From the IMG/VR virus record IMGVR_UViG_3300042465_002807, positions 1 to 60,708 of that record: a stretch of 60,708 nt of DNA; one strand, given 5' to 3'. The DNA comes from a virus. Its lineage: Duplodnaviria > Caudoviricetes. The notes beneath the pieces were generated by a model. That model searched no databases and was not told the origin of the DNA. It worked only from the letters and a program-made list of their open reading frames with translations. How positions within the stretch are numbered: the first letter of the stretch is position 1; the number at the start of each line of letters is the position of its first letter. Positions 10,342-19,906 of the stretch are shown piece after piece. A program made the position numbers and the translations under genes.

Positions 10342-10878
10342 ATGTCAAGAAGAACATTAGATACCCCAAGCACCTTAAATTATCTGAAACCAAATGGTTT
10401 TCAGTTTAATATCGACACGCTTCCTAATGTCTCATTCTTTTGTCAGTCTGCTATGATTCCTGCACTGTCAATTGGTAATGCATATGTTGCTAACCCCTTA
10501 GTAGACTTCACTGTTCCTGGTACCAATCTTACATACGATGAATTGACCATAAAGTTTATTGTTCAAGAAAACTTTCAAAACTATATCGAACTTCACGATT
10601 GGTTAATTGGTCTAGGCTTTCCAGAAGAACGTGAACAATATAAACAATTTAAACAGGCTAGAGGCGGTACAGAAAAAGGATTTAGTAGCTCAGGTGACTA
10701 TTCCGATGGAACATTAGTTGTTCTAGATTCTGATCTAAATAAAACAATGGAAATCAAATTCATCGATTGTTATCCTACATCGTTGCAGGGTCTTGAATTT
10801 GACATTAGTGATGGTAATGCCCAGTATCTAACAGCACAAGTAACTTTTAGATATACAATGTATAAGTTTGTCCAATAA
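10342..10878 (+). CDS. gp3: Tail completion/terminator protein (gp3)
   Basis: NYLKPNGFQF, FFCQSA.IP, F.DCYPTSL; gp23-gp3-uvsY-uvsW synteny. Confidence 0.88.
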   Translation: MSRRTLDTPSTLNYLKPNGFQFNIDTLPNVSFFCQSAMIPALSIGNAYVANPLVDFTVPGTNLTYDELTIKFIVQENFQNYIELHDWLIGLGFPEEREQYKQFKQARGGTEKGFSSSGDYSDGTLVVLDSDLNKTMEIKFIDCYPTSLQGLEFDISDGNAQYLTAQVTFRYTMYKFVQ

Positions 10879-10894
10879 CGATTGAGGTTATATT

Positions 10895-11335
10895 ATGAAA
10901 TTGTCAGAAGTCCAAGAAATGTGGACGAGTGATTCTAAAATAGATGAGTTAAATCTAGGTAGAGAATCCACAAAAACACCAGAATTACATGCAAAGTATT
11001 TGAATATTCTTTCGAATACTAAACTGCAACTGCGAAAAGCAGAAGCAGATTACTATCGTTTGCGCCGCGATAAAGCAAAATACTTTCGTGGTGAAATGAC
11101 TCATGATGAACTACAAGATAAGGGTTGGGACCAGTATCAGGGCCTAAAGCCATTGAAGCATGATATGGAAGACCGCATCAACTGCGATGAAGATATCATC
11201 CGTGCTATGGATAAAGTGGAATATGTCAAAGCTCTACTCTATCAGTTGGAGCAAATTATACGCTCACTAAATAGTAGAACATGGGATATTAAGAATGCCA
11301 TTGAGTGGACTAAATTTACAAACGGGCTAATGTGA
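10895..11335 (+). CDS. uvsY: Recombination mediator UvsY
   Basis: W..DSKID, LHAKYL, R.WDIKNAIEW.KF. Confidence 0.92.
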   Translation: MKLSEVQEMWTSDSKIDELNLGRESTKTPELHAKYLNILSNTKLQLRKAEADYYRLRRDKAKYFRGEMTHDELQDKGWDQYQGLKPLKHDMEDRINCDEDIIRAMDKVEYVKALLYQLEQIIRSLNSRTWDIKNAIEWTKFTNGLM

Positions 11336-12813
11336 GTGATCTAACAGTTTCCAAGAAAAACGAGGTGCACCTAAAGGTTGATTGTGACCCAGGTATCGCC
11401 CAAGAAATAAACGATTACTTCACTTTTGAAGTCCCGGGTGCACGTTTCATGCCAACGTATCGTGCCAAACTATGGGACGGTAAAGCTAGACTGTTCAACA
11501 TCTGGACAAAAGAACTTTACGTCGGTCTGCTACCGTATCTCAGAGAGTTTGCGGAGAGACTAGACTACACTGTAGACGTTGACATGGAACGGATTGGCGA
11601 CCCGGTTACTATGGAGGATGTGCAGAAGTTCGCGGAATCTTTGAACTTACATAGCCAAGATAAACCAATTGAGACTAGAGACTACCAGTTAGAAGCGGTT
11701 AAATACGCTATTCGTATCGGTCGCACACTGTTACTCTCGCCTACCGCATCTGGTAAATCGCTAATCATCTATCTGTTAATGCGCTATCACCAGCAATTTG
11801 GTCGGAAGCAATTGATTATTGTTCCTACAACTTCACTCGTAGAACAGATGTATAAGGACTTCCAAGACTACGCATCACACACTGACTGGTATGTATCTCA
11901 GAACTGCGCCAAGATTTACGCTGGACATGAAAAGTCAAACGAAGCATCGATTGTTATCTCCACGTGGCAGTCTATCTACAAGTTACCGAAGAAATTTTTC
12001 GCCGAGTTTGATGTTATCTATGGTGACGAAGCCCACTTGTTCAAAGCAAAGTCGCTGACATCTATCTTTGACAAATGCACTGAAACAAAGTATCGCATCG
12101 GTACCACAGGTACACTTGATGGGATGAAGACACACAAACTCATTCTTGAAGGTCTATTTGGTAAAGTCAAAAAAGTTATCTCGACTAAGGAACTGATGGA
12201 CCAAGGCTCAGTAGCCGATCTTGACATTCACTGCATTCTTCTGGACTACACGGACGAGGAAAAGAAGGCTCTAAAGACCTACACATACCAAGAAGAAATG
12301 GACTGGCTGGTCACACACCAAAAGCGCAACAACGTTATTAAGAATCTGGCTACCACACAGAAGGGCAATACGCTTGTTTTGTTTCAGTTTGTCGAAAAGC
12401 ATGGCCAAGTTTTGTATGACCTAATCAATAACAAGGTTGGAGATACTCGCCAAGTTTTCTTTGTCCATGGTGGCACAGATACACAACAGCGTGAGGCGAT
12501 TAGAGACATTACGGAAAAAGAAAAAGACGCAATAATAATTGCGTCCTACGGTACGTTTTCAACGGGTATAAATATAAGAAATCTGCACAATGTCATCTTC
12601 GCATCACCTTCGAAATCTCGTATTCGCAATCTACAATCTATCGGTAGAGGACTTCGAAAGGGTACTGACAAAACATCATGTAGACTATTTGATATCGGCG
12701 ACGACCTAACATGGAAGAGCCGTAAGAACTATACTCTTTCCCATATGGTGGAAAGAATTAAAATATATAATGAAGAAGGTTTCAACTACAAACTTGTGAG
12801 AATACAGCTATGA
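11332..12813 (+). CDS. uvsW: SF2 DNA/RNA helicase UvsW
   Basis: SPTASGKS, DEAH, QSIGRGLR. Confidence 0.96.
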   Translation: MSDLTVSKKNEVHLKVDCDPGIAQEINDYFTFEVPGARFMPTYRAKLWDGKARLFNIWTKELYVGLLPYLREFAERLDYTVDVDMERIGDPVTMEDVQKFAESLNLHSQDKPIETRDYQLEAVKYAIRIGRTLLLSPTASGKSLIIYLLMRYHQQFGRKQLIIVPTTSLVEQMYKDFQDYASHTDWYVSQNCAKIYAGHEKSNEASIVISTWQSIYKLPKKFFAEFDVIYGDEAHLFKAKSLTSIFDKCTETKYRIGTTGTLDGMKTHKLILEGLFGKVKKVISTKELMDQGSVADLDIHCILLDYTDEEKKALKTYTYQEEMDWLVTHQKRNNVIKNLATTQKGNTLVLFQFVEKHGQVLYDLINNKVGDTRQVFFVHGGTDTQQREAIRDITEKEKDAIIIASYGTFSTGINIRNLHNVIFASPSKSRIRNLQSIGRGLRKGTDKTSCRLFDIGDDLTWKSRKNYTLSHMVERIKIYNEEGFNYKLVRIQL

Positions 12814-13175
12814 CCGACGTGACTGTTCTACGATTAAAAAATGGCGAGACACTCATTGCTGGTGTTCGCCAAGAAGAAAATAATATGTGTTGGGTAGACG
12901 ACCCAATCCAAGTTGTGCCTATTCAGATAACTCACGAGGGAGTAAACGGAGAAACTTTTCTCTTGAAGCCGTGGATTGGAATTTCTAAGGATAAAAGTTT
13001 TCTTTTGAACGCCGGGGAGATACTCACCTCTGGGTCATTAAAAGAAAATCTGCTACAGCAATACCTCATGTATATCGGCAACGAAGCGCCTGCGCCGATA
13101 GAAGAAATCGATGACTTTGATGAGATGGAAATGCTTCAAGCAAGAATACTAAGAAGCAAAGGATTACTTAATTGA
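12810..13175 (+). CDS. Hypothetical protein (Sm-like fold candidate), conserved position after uvsW
   Basis: LRLKNGETLIA N-terminus typical of small T4-like Sm-type ORFs. Confidence 0.6.
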   Translation: MTDVTVLRLKNGETLIAGVRQEENNMCWVDDPIQVVPIQITHEGVNGETFLLKPWIGISKDKSFLLNAGEILTSGSLKENLLQQYLMYIGNEAPAPIEEIDDFDEMEMLQARILRSKGLLN

Positions 13176-13200
13176 TTCATTCTTGAAGAGCTACACTCTT

Positions 13201-13229
13201 CTTATACCACAAGAATCACTACCTGTAAA
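13201..13229 (-). promoter_or_regulatory. Leftward sigma70-like promoter (TTTACA-17-TATAAG)
   Basis: Reverse complement of 13201-13229; no leftward gene follows. Confidence 0.45.
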
Positions 13230-13249
13230 TACTTTTTTCAATAAAAATG

Positions 13250-13278
13250 TTGCTATATACAAAAAAATGTAGTATAAC
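13250..13278 (+). promoter_or_regulatory. sigma70-like promoter for gp55 (TTGCTA-17-TATAAC)
   Basis: Shares AAATGTAGTATAA with the promoters at 28191 and 34791. Confidence 0.55.
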
Positions 13279-13302
13279 AAAATATATCATGATGGAGCCC
13301 AA

Positions 13303-13887
13303 ATGGTCAAGAATAGAAAAAATAATGTTCACTACGTAGATAACGCTTTGTTTCTTGAAAAGATTACAGAGTATAGAGAAAAGGTTTTGGCAGCTAAAGC
13401 TGAACCCGATTATGACCGTAGTAAAAAACCTCGCGTGCCTAATTATCTAGGTGAATGCTTCCTTAAGATTGCCAATCACTTGGCATATAAATCTAACTTC
13501 ATCAATTATACTTATCGTGAGGAAATGATTCTTGATGGAATTGAAAACTGCATTACTTACATCGATAACTTCGATCCTGCTAAGTCTAAGAACCCCTTTG
13601 CTTACTTCACACAGATTACATATTATGCCTTCTTACGCCGTATTGCGAAAGAGAAGAAGCAACAAGCAGCCAAGTATCGATACATCCGTAATCTAGATGT
13701 CCATGATTTGATTACACAAGATCATGACGGTGGTGATTATGGCAATGAGTTTATCGACTATCTCAAAAAGACTATCGATTTAGTAGAAGACTTCGACAAA
13801 CCAGCGGAAGTCAGTAACATTCCAAAGCGCCGACCTAAATATCTGGACAAGCAAAAAACTGTTGACTCTGGACTAGATTTAGAGTAA
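13303..13887 (+). CDS. gp55: Late transcription sigma factor (gp55)
   Basis: HYVDN..FL, NFINYTYREEMILDGIENC, NPFAYFTQI.YYAFLRRI.KEKKQ. Confidence 0.96.
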   Translation: MVKNRKNNVHYVDNALFLEKITEYREKVLAAKAEPDYDRSKKPRVPNYLGECFLKIANHLAYKSNFINYTYREEMILDGIENCITYIDNFDPAKSKNPFAYFTQITYYAFLRRIAKEKKQQAAKYRYIRNLDVHDLITQDHDGGDYGNEFIDYLKKTIDLVEDFDKPAEVSNIPKRRPKYLDKQKTVDSGLDLE

Positions 13888-13922
13888 TATGTAAATATCA
13901 CTCTAATTGAAAAGGTACATTT

Positions 13923-14264
13923 ATGGTTGATTCTCCTAAAGTTAATACTGCCGTTAAGTTTGTTTCTGACAACTGGTTCTCCCTGTTGATGCTCGGCGTT
14001 GTTTCTACCTCGTTGATTTCTGTTGTTAGTAGCGTTGCTGGACACCGCGAAGAGGTTCAAAATATTTCGGTTCAGAATGCCGGATGCATCTATCTCGAAT
14101 CATCTGATCTTGGCGAAGGCCAACACTACATGATTTGTAATGGGCAAATTGCATTGAAGCGCCTGCAGGATGCCGAAGCTATTGACCCTGAACAGGCGCT
14201 AGAGAAAGCAATTCCTGATGTCTCCAATGCTGCAACTCCTACGCCGGTTGCAGATAAAAAATAA
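13923..14264 (+). CDS. Hypothetical membrane-anchored protein
   Basis: One hydrophobic segment near the N-terminus; own promoter TTGACT(13862)-17-TAATAT. Confidence 0.6.
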   Translation: MVDSPKVNTAVKFVSDNWFSLLMLGVVSTSLISVVSSVAGHREEVQNISVQNAGCIYLESSDLGEGQHYMICNGQIALKRLQDAEAIDPEQALEKAIPDVSNAATPTPVADKK

Positions 14265-14272
14265 GGTAAATT

Positions 14273-14449
14273 ATGAGTAAGGAACTAAATGTTCCTGCAA
14301 TCGTTCAGCAGATGGTCGATACTATGCAGGACAAGGCAACGCCGTCTAATATCAGACATAACTATATGGTCACTGTAGAAAACATTCGTGACTATTGTGA
14401 TAAGGCGCTGGCACAATATGCAAAAGATAATGGATTGAAGCGTAAATGA
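14273..14449 (+). CDS. Small hypothetical protein (58 aa, MSKELNVPAIVQQM...), not in the ORF track
   Basis: AAGG RBS, fills the gap, ATGA overlap with the next gene. Confidence 0.65.
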   Translation: MSKELNVPAIVQQMVDTMQDKATPSNIRHNYMVTVENIRDYCDKALAQYAKDNGLKRK

Positions 14450-14985
14450 AAGTAACCGATCATAATACCGTTCATGTAATGATTGACTTGGAAACTCTAT
14501 CTACTAGAGCCAACGCGACCATTCTTTCTATTGGTGCTACCAAGTTCACTATCGGTGAAGGTATTATCGATAAGTTCTACTGTAACATCGATGCTAAATC
14601 TTGTAAGGCTGCGGGGCTTCATGTGGACAAGTCTACCATTGACTGGTGGATGCAGCAAAGCGCCGCTGCAAGAGACGCACTTCTTATCGATCAACTACCT
14701 CTCACGGATGCTCTACAGCGGTTTACTGACTGGATTGGCAAAGATAAAGTCATGCCATGGGGCAACGGCGCTTCGTTTGATATCACCATTTTGGAGTCCG
14801 CATACACTGCGGTCGAAATGATATATCCGTGGCGTTACAGCAACATCATGTGTTATCGCACGGTGATGAACCTTATGGGTCTTAGTAATGCTAAGATTCG
14901 TGCAGCCGAAAATGATACTCATCACCATGCCCTAGATGATGCTATCAGCCAGACCAATACACTACTTGGAATTCTAAAGTCATGA
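14446..14985 (+). CDS. DEDDh 3'-5' exonuclease (DexA-like)
   Basis: MIDLETL, WGNGASFDITIL, HHALDDA. Confidence 0.88.
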   Translation: MKVTDHNTVHVMIDLETLSTRANATILSIGATKFTIGEGIIDKFYCNIDAKSCKAAGLHVDKSTIDWWMQQSAAARDALLIDQLPLTDALQRFTDWIGKDKVMPWGNGASFDITILESAYTAVEMIYPWRYSNIMCYRTVMNLMGLSNAKIRAAENDTHHHALDDAISQTNTLLGILKS

Positions 14986-16037
14986 AAATTGCGTTGATTA
15001 CAGACACACACTTCGGTGCTAGGTCTGATTCCATTCCGTTCGATAACTTCTTTGCGAAGTTTTACACAGAAACATTCTTCCCACATCTGGAACGGGAAGG
15101 CATCAAGACTATCATTCACCTCGGTGATGTCTTCGATCGGCGCAAGTTTATAAATTATAATACGTTGAAGAAGTGTCGTGAGTATTTCTTTGACAAGACC
15201 AGGGATTTGGGCATCGATGTTCATATGATTGCTGGTAACCACGACACTTTCTTCAAGAATACAAATGATGTAAACTCTCTGGACCTTCTGCTCCGTGAAT
15301 ATGAGAACATTATTACATATTCAGATGCGGAAGAAATTAGATTGGACGGAAAGAATCTACTGCTTGTTCCATGGATTTGTTCTGGGAATTATTCAGAAAC
15401 TATGGAGGTAGTAAAGAAAAGTAATGCACAAGCAGTTTTTGGACACTTTGAATTTTCAGGTTTCGAAATGTATCGTGGGCATAAAAATGACCACGGAATG
15501 GACACTGTTGACTTTGATAGATTTCCTCTCGTTTGTAGTGGTCATTTTCATCATCGCAGCAGGTCTGGCAATATTGTCTATCTTGGTAATACCTATGAGT
15601 TTACTTGGAATGATTATAATGATCCGAGAGGCTACCACATTTACGATACGGAAACTAATGAGGTAGAATTCTATGAGAACCCATTTAAAATCTTTCATAA
15701 GATTTACTATGATGACACTACTAACGACATCGATCTGCTTGATCTTAGCGCACTTGTGGGGAGTTGCGTTCGGTTAGTAGTCGTCAAGAAAACCGATTTT
15801 TATAAGTTTGACCGCTTCGTTGATAAGTTGTATGACCTAAATCTTATCGAACTAAAAATCATTGAAGACTTTTCTGAATTTGAAGCAGAAGCAATGGATG
15901 ACGAGGAACTAAATGTAGAAGATACTATGTCTGTTCTGTCTGATTTTGTTGACACTATTCAAACCGACCTTGAAAAGAACCGGATTAAGAACATTCTACA
16001 AACACTCTATGTTGAGGCACAGAACGTTACAGTATGA
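14982..16037 (+). CDS. gp47: Recombination endonuclease subunit (gp47, Mre11-like)
   Basis: TDTHFG, LGDVFDRRK, GNHD, SGHFH metallophosphoesterase motifs. Confidence 0.96.
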   Translation: MKIALITDTHFGARSDSIPFDNFFAKFYTETFFPHLEREGIKTIIHLGDVFDRRKFINYNTLKKCREYFFDKTRDLGIDVHMIAGNHDTFFKNTNDVNSLDLLLREYENIITYSDAEEIRLDGKNLLLVPWICSGNYSETMEVVKKSNAQAVFGHFEFSGFEMYRGHKNDHGMDTVDFDRFPLVCSGHFHHRSRSGNIVYLGNTYEFTWNDYNDPRGYHIYDTETNEVEFYENPFKIFHKIYYDDTTNDIDLLDLSALVGSCVRLVVVKKTDFYKFDRFVDKLYDLNLIELKIIEDFSEFEAEAMDDEELNVEDTMSVLSDFVDTIQTDLEKNRIKNILQTLYVEAQNVTV

Positions 16038-17749
16038 TTATTTTTAACACTATTCGTTGGAAGAACTTTCTTTCAACCGGCAATCAGTTTACTGAAATCA
16101 AACTGGACCGCTCACCCAATACCCTCATAGTCGGTGAGAACGGCGGTGGAAAGTCCACGATGCTTGACGCATTGTGTTATAGCCTTTTCGGTAAGCCGTT
16201 TCGTAATATCAATAAACCGCAGCTGGTAAACTCCATCAACAAGAAGCAACTGTTGGTTGAGGTGGAATTCCAATCTGGGCGTAAGTCTTATAAGATTGTT
16301 CGTGGTATCAAGCCAGGTCTTTTTGAAATCTATGTTGATGGTGAACTGTTGAACCAAGATGCAGCCGCTAGAGATTATCAAAAGTATCTTGAGGAATCAA
16401 TTCTCAAGTTGAACTACAAGTCTTTCACTCAGATTGTAATTCTTGGTTCAGCCTCATTCACGCCGTTTATGCAGTTGCCGTCTGGTACTCGCCGTGAAAT
16501 CATTGAAGACCTACTTGACATTCAAATCTTTACCACTATGAATGTGGTGTTGCGTGACAAGTTGAATGCTCTTAAAGACCAAATTCAAGATGCTGACGGT
16601 AAGCTGGAAGTTTTGAAGCAGAAAGCATCAATTCAAAAGGAATATGTTGACACACTGGAGACAAATCGTGAAAAGAGAGTTGACGAGATATTGGGACGTA
16701 TTGAGGCTGGCGAAAGGCAGATTGAAAGTCTTACAAATCTCGCCGCTGATTTGGAGGGGCAGAAAGTTTCGGTTGAAGAAGCCCAAAAGAGTCTCGGAGA
16801 CCTTGCAGACAAGCAAAAGAAACTCGACTCCTTTAAAACCAAATTTTCCACCCAACTCCGCGATCTCCAAAAAGAGGTGGCATTCTACAAGGAAACAGAT
16901 GAGTGTCCGACCTGTCGGCAGGGGATTGCTCACGACCATAAAGAAACCATCGTATCATCCAGACAAGAGAAAATGCAAGAACTATCTTCTGGAATGGAGA
17001 AGTTACAAGAAGAGTTTACAAAACTTGAGGAACTTATCGCGGAAAATGAGACTCTCTCCGAACAAATTTCTAAACTGAATAAAGAAATTATCACGCACAA
17101 CAACGAAATGATTGTTCAACAAAGATTGATTCAAACTCTTAATCTGGAACTGAATGATATTACATCTAAAACTGGTGATATAGATACTGAAAAGAATAAG
17201 CTAAAGACTTATGCTAAGGAAGTTCTGGCTCAGAACGAAGAAAAGGCCAAGTTGAATGAAGAAAAGCATTACATGGATGCTGTCTCCACTCTCCTCAAGG
17301 ACACTGGTATTAAGACTAAGATTATTCGGCAGTATCTTCCAGTTATCAATAAATTGGTGAATAAATACTTACAATCAATGGACTTCTTTGTGCAGTTTAA
17401 TCTGGATGAAAAGTTCGATGAAACTATCAAGTCTCGCCATCGCGATGACTTTAGTTATGCTTCATTCTCAGAAGGTGAAAAGCAACGTATTGACCTAGCA
17501 CTTCTCTTTACATGGAGAACTATTGCTAAGATGAAGAATAGCGTGGCTACCAATCTTTTGATTTTGGATGAGGTATTTGATAGTTCACTAGATAACAACG
17601 GTACAGATTATGTTATGTCTCTACTTGATACTTTGGGTGAAGACACCAATGTATTTGTTATCAGTCATAAGGGTGACCAACTGTTCGATAAGTTCCGCAG
17701 TTTGATTAAGTTTGAAAAGAAAAATAACTACAGTGAGATGGTGATATAA
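16034..17749 (+). CDS. gp46: Recombination ATPase subunit (gp46, Rad50-like)
   Basis: GENGGGKST, CPTC zinc hook, FSEGEK, LILDEVFDSSLD. Confidence 0.96.
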   Translation: MIIFNTIRWKNFLSTGNQFTEIKLDRSPNTLIVGENGGGKSTMLDALCYSLFGKPFRNINKPQLVNSINKKQLLVEVEFQSGRKSYKIVRGIKPGLFEIYVDGELLNQDAAARDYQKYLEESILKLNYKSFTQIVILGSASFTPFMQLPSGTRREIIEDLLDIQIFTTMNVVLRDKLNALKDQIQDADGKLEVLKQKASIQKEYVDTLETNREKRVDEILGRIEAGERQIESLTNLAADLEGQKVSVEEAQKSLGDLADKQKKLDSFKTKFSTQLRDLQKEVAFYKETDECPTCRQGIAHDHKETIVSSRQEKMQELSSGMEKLQEEFTKLEELIAENETLSEQISKLNKEIITHNNEMIVQQRLIQTLNLELNDITSKTGDIDTEKNKLKTYAKEVLAQNEEKAKLNEEKHYMDAVSTLLKDTGIKTKIIRQYLPVINKLVNKYLQSMDFFVQFNLDEKFDETIKSRHRDDFSYASFSEGEKQRIDLALLFTWRTIAKMKNSVATNLLILDEVFDSSLDNNGTDYVMSLLDTLGEDTNVFVISHKGDQLFDKFRSLIKFEKKNNYSEMVI

Positions 17750-18264
17750 TGGATTTAATTAAGTTTACTGACCCCACACTTCGGGTTGAGCCAACAGCGT
17801 TTGATTTTGAAAAAGAAGATGCTAAGGATTTGACTGACAGACTATGGACAAAGTGCCGAGAACTAAAAGGTCTTGGCCTTTCTGCCAATCAAGTTGGTAT
17901 TGATGCTAAAGTTTTTGTCATGGGTACCGATGAAGAGAATAGAAAAAATGTTTTTAATCCTAAGATTGTTTCCTCGTCGGAAGAAACAAATCTTGCTAAA
18001 GAGGGTTGTCTAAGTTATCCTGGTCTGTGGCTGTCCATCAAACGCCCAGCCTCTATCACTGCATCATATCAGAATGTTGAAGGCGAATATATAGTTGAAG
18101 AGTTTACGGGATTACCTGCTAGAATCTTTCAACATGAATATGATCATATGCTTGGGTTGAATTTCTCTGACCATGCCTCTGAAATGAAAATGAAGATGGC
18201 TATGAAGTCCCTAGAAAAACGAGCAAAAAGGTATATTAGAAAATATGTCCAACACAACCTATGA
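17749..18264 (+). CDS. def: Peptide deformylase
   Basis: GLGLSANQVG, EGCLS, QHEYDH motifs. Confidence 0.93.
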   Translation: MDLIKFTDPTLRVEPTAFDFEKEDAKDLTDRLWTKCRELKGLGLSANQVGIDAKVFVMGTDEENRKNVFNPKIVSSSEETNLAKEGCLSYPGLWLSIKRPASITASYQNVEGEYIVEEFTGLPARIFQHEYDHMLGLNFSDHASEMKMKMAMKSLEKRAKRYIRKYVQHNL

Positions 18265-18613
18265 TTTCGGATTTACATTCGAAGACCCAACTGAAACAGT
18301 AATCCATGTTCCAGAACCATATAGTTCTCAGCCCATCGACACCGGCGAATTAAAAGATGAGATTATGGCCAAACTATATGACCTCGAAGCTAGACTTCTT
18401 AACGTGGACCAATCGACACTTATCTCAGAACATAAGCGATTGGTCGAAATGGAAGTTGCGGAAAAATTGAAGCAGGTAGAAGATATGATTCTACCATTAT
18501 TATATAACCTGATGAAAAATCCTGAAAAGGAATACATCCACTGGCCGAATAGGACACCAATCATTGATAACCAAATTGAAAAGATCACCGCAATCACACG
18601 ATTCTATGAATGA
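18245..18613 (+). CDS. Conserved hypothetical T4-like protein
   Basis: DFGFTF N-terminus and ILPLLYNL.KNPEKEYIHWPNR C-terminus; coupled to neighbours. Confidence 0.65.
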   Translation: MSNTTYDFGFTFEDPTETVIHVPEPYSSQPIDTGELKDEIMAKLYDLEARLLNVDQSTLISEHKRLVEMEVAEKLKQVEDMILPLLYNLMKNPEKEYIHWPNRTPIIDNQIEKITAITRFYE

Positions 18614-19208
18614 CTTTGATGGCCCCTCTAAACCCAGGTTCTTTGCGCAACCTGCCTCTACTGTAGTAAATCTATATCTCTGTGGTGAAATTAAAGCAGC
18701 CGAAGAATATGTAGAATGGTTCCAGTTGTTCCGTGCCGCTGGTGAAAACGACATCATTTACATTCGTATCAACAGCGAAGGTGGTGACCTGTTTGCCGCT
18801 CTACAGATTGTAAGAGCAATTCAAGAATCAAATGCCACTATCATCTGTTCGGTAGAAGGCATCTGTATGTCGGCTGCAACTCTAATCTTCCTGAGTGCGG
18901 ACCGCTTTGAACTCTCTGACCACACCATGTTTATGTTCCACAATTATTCGAGTGGCACAATCGGTAAGGGCGGCGAAATGTATGACCAGATTACACACTT
19001 CCGTGCTTGGTCTGACAAGCTATTCAATTCTTTCTACAAGGACTTTCTGACGCCAGAAGAAATCAAGTCGATGCTTGACAACAAAGACATCTGGCTTGAC
19101 GCGGAAGAAGTTGCAAAGCGTTTGAAGCATCGCATCGAAGCAGATAACGACGAGCCAGAAGAAGCTCCAAAGCCCAAGAAAACACGGAAGAAAGCCGTTC
19201 CTGCATAA
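18606..19208 (+). CDS. clpP: ClpP-like serine protease
   Basis: INSEGGD, CMSAAT (Ser), MFHN (His), DIWLDAEE; start moved to ATG 18606. Confidence 0.85.
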   Translation: MNDFDGPSKPRFFAQPASTVVNLYLCGEIKAAEEYVEWFQLFRAAGENDIIYIRINSEGGDLFAALQIVRAIQESNATIICSVEGICMSAATLIFLSADRFELSDHTMFMFHNYSSGTIGKGGEMYDQITHFRAWSDKLFNSFYKDFLTPEEIKSMLDNKDIWLDAEEVAKRLKHRIEADNDEPEEAPKPKKTRKKAVPA

Positions 19209-19215
19209 ATACTAC

Positions 19216-19244
19216 TTGACATTTCCTTGCGAATCGAGTAGTAT
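19216..19244 (+). promoter_or_regulatory. sigma70-like promoter with GANTC in the spacer (P1)
   Basis: TTGACA-17-TAGTAT, CGAATCG at 19230-19236. Confidence 0.7.
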
Positions 19245-19250
19245 ATAAAC

Positions 19251-19856
19251 ATGATCAGTTTTAAAGAGTTTCTAAACGAGTCGCAAGATGGTGCCGGATT
19301 AACAATCTGGGACATTGATGAAACTCTATTCCGTACCAAAGCCCGTGTCCATATCGTCAAAGGCGGTAAGATAATCAAGACATTGGGTAACAAGCAATAC
19401 AATACATATATTCTACAGCCGGGTGAGTCCTTCGACTTTAGCGAGTTTAGGGACGCCCGGCATTTTCGTGACACCAGCGAACCCATCGCCAAAGCGATTC
19501 GCAAATTGATTGCGATGCATAAGAATATCAAAGCCCGTGGCAGTAAGATGGTTGTCATCACAGCCCGTTCTGACTTCGATGACCGAGATATTTTCCTAGA
19601 TACTTTCCGTCAGCATGGCATTGACATTGATGACATTCATGTCCATCGTGCTGGCAATCTTGGTGCCATGCCCTCTGCGGCTGCTAAGAAAATCTATATT
19701 AAACAATACCTTGACACTGGTAAATACACTCGCGCCCGTCTCTTTGATGACGCGGTGTCCAATCTCCAGATGTTCAAAGACCTTGCACATGAATATCCCA
19801 ATGTAAAGTTTGAGCCGTTCTTGGCTCACGAAGATGGTTCAATGACTCGTTTTTAA
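19251..19856 (+). CDS. HAD-superfamily phosphatase with an N-terminal capsid-targeting-like peptide
   Basis: WDIDETLF (DxD), ITARS, K...LFDD motifs; MISFKEFLNE start. Confidence 0.75.
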   Translation: MISFKEFLNESQDGAGLTIWDIDETLFRTKARVHIVKGGKIIKTLGNKQYNTYILQPGESFDFSEFRDARHFRDTSEPIAKAIRKLIAMHKNIKARGSKMVVITARSDFDDRDIFLDTFRQHGIDIDDIHVHRAGNLGAMPSAAAKKIYIKQYLDTGKYTRARLFDDAVSNLQMFKDLAHEYPNVKFEPFLAHEDGSMTRF

Positions 19857-19857
19857 C

Positions 19858-19885
19858 TTGACATTACCATCGATTCGTGTATACT
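19858..19885 (+). promoter_or_regulatory. sigma70-like promoter with GANTC in the spacer (P2)
   Basis: TTGACA-16-TATACT, CGATTCG at 19871-19877. Confidence 0.7.
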
Positions 19886-19906
19886 AATAATATAAGGAGA
19901 ATGATT

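Noticed and set aside
12567-12574. TATAAATA inside uvsW (also at 27591 inside gp62)
   Set aside because: Intragenic; may be real internal late promoters but cannot be supported from sequence alone
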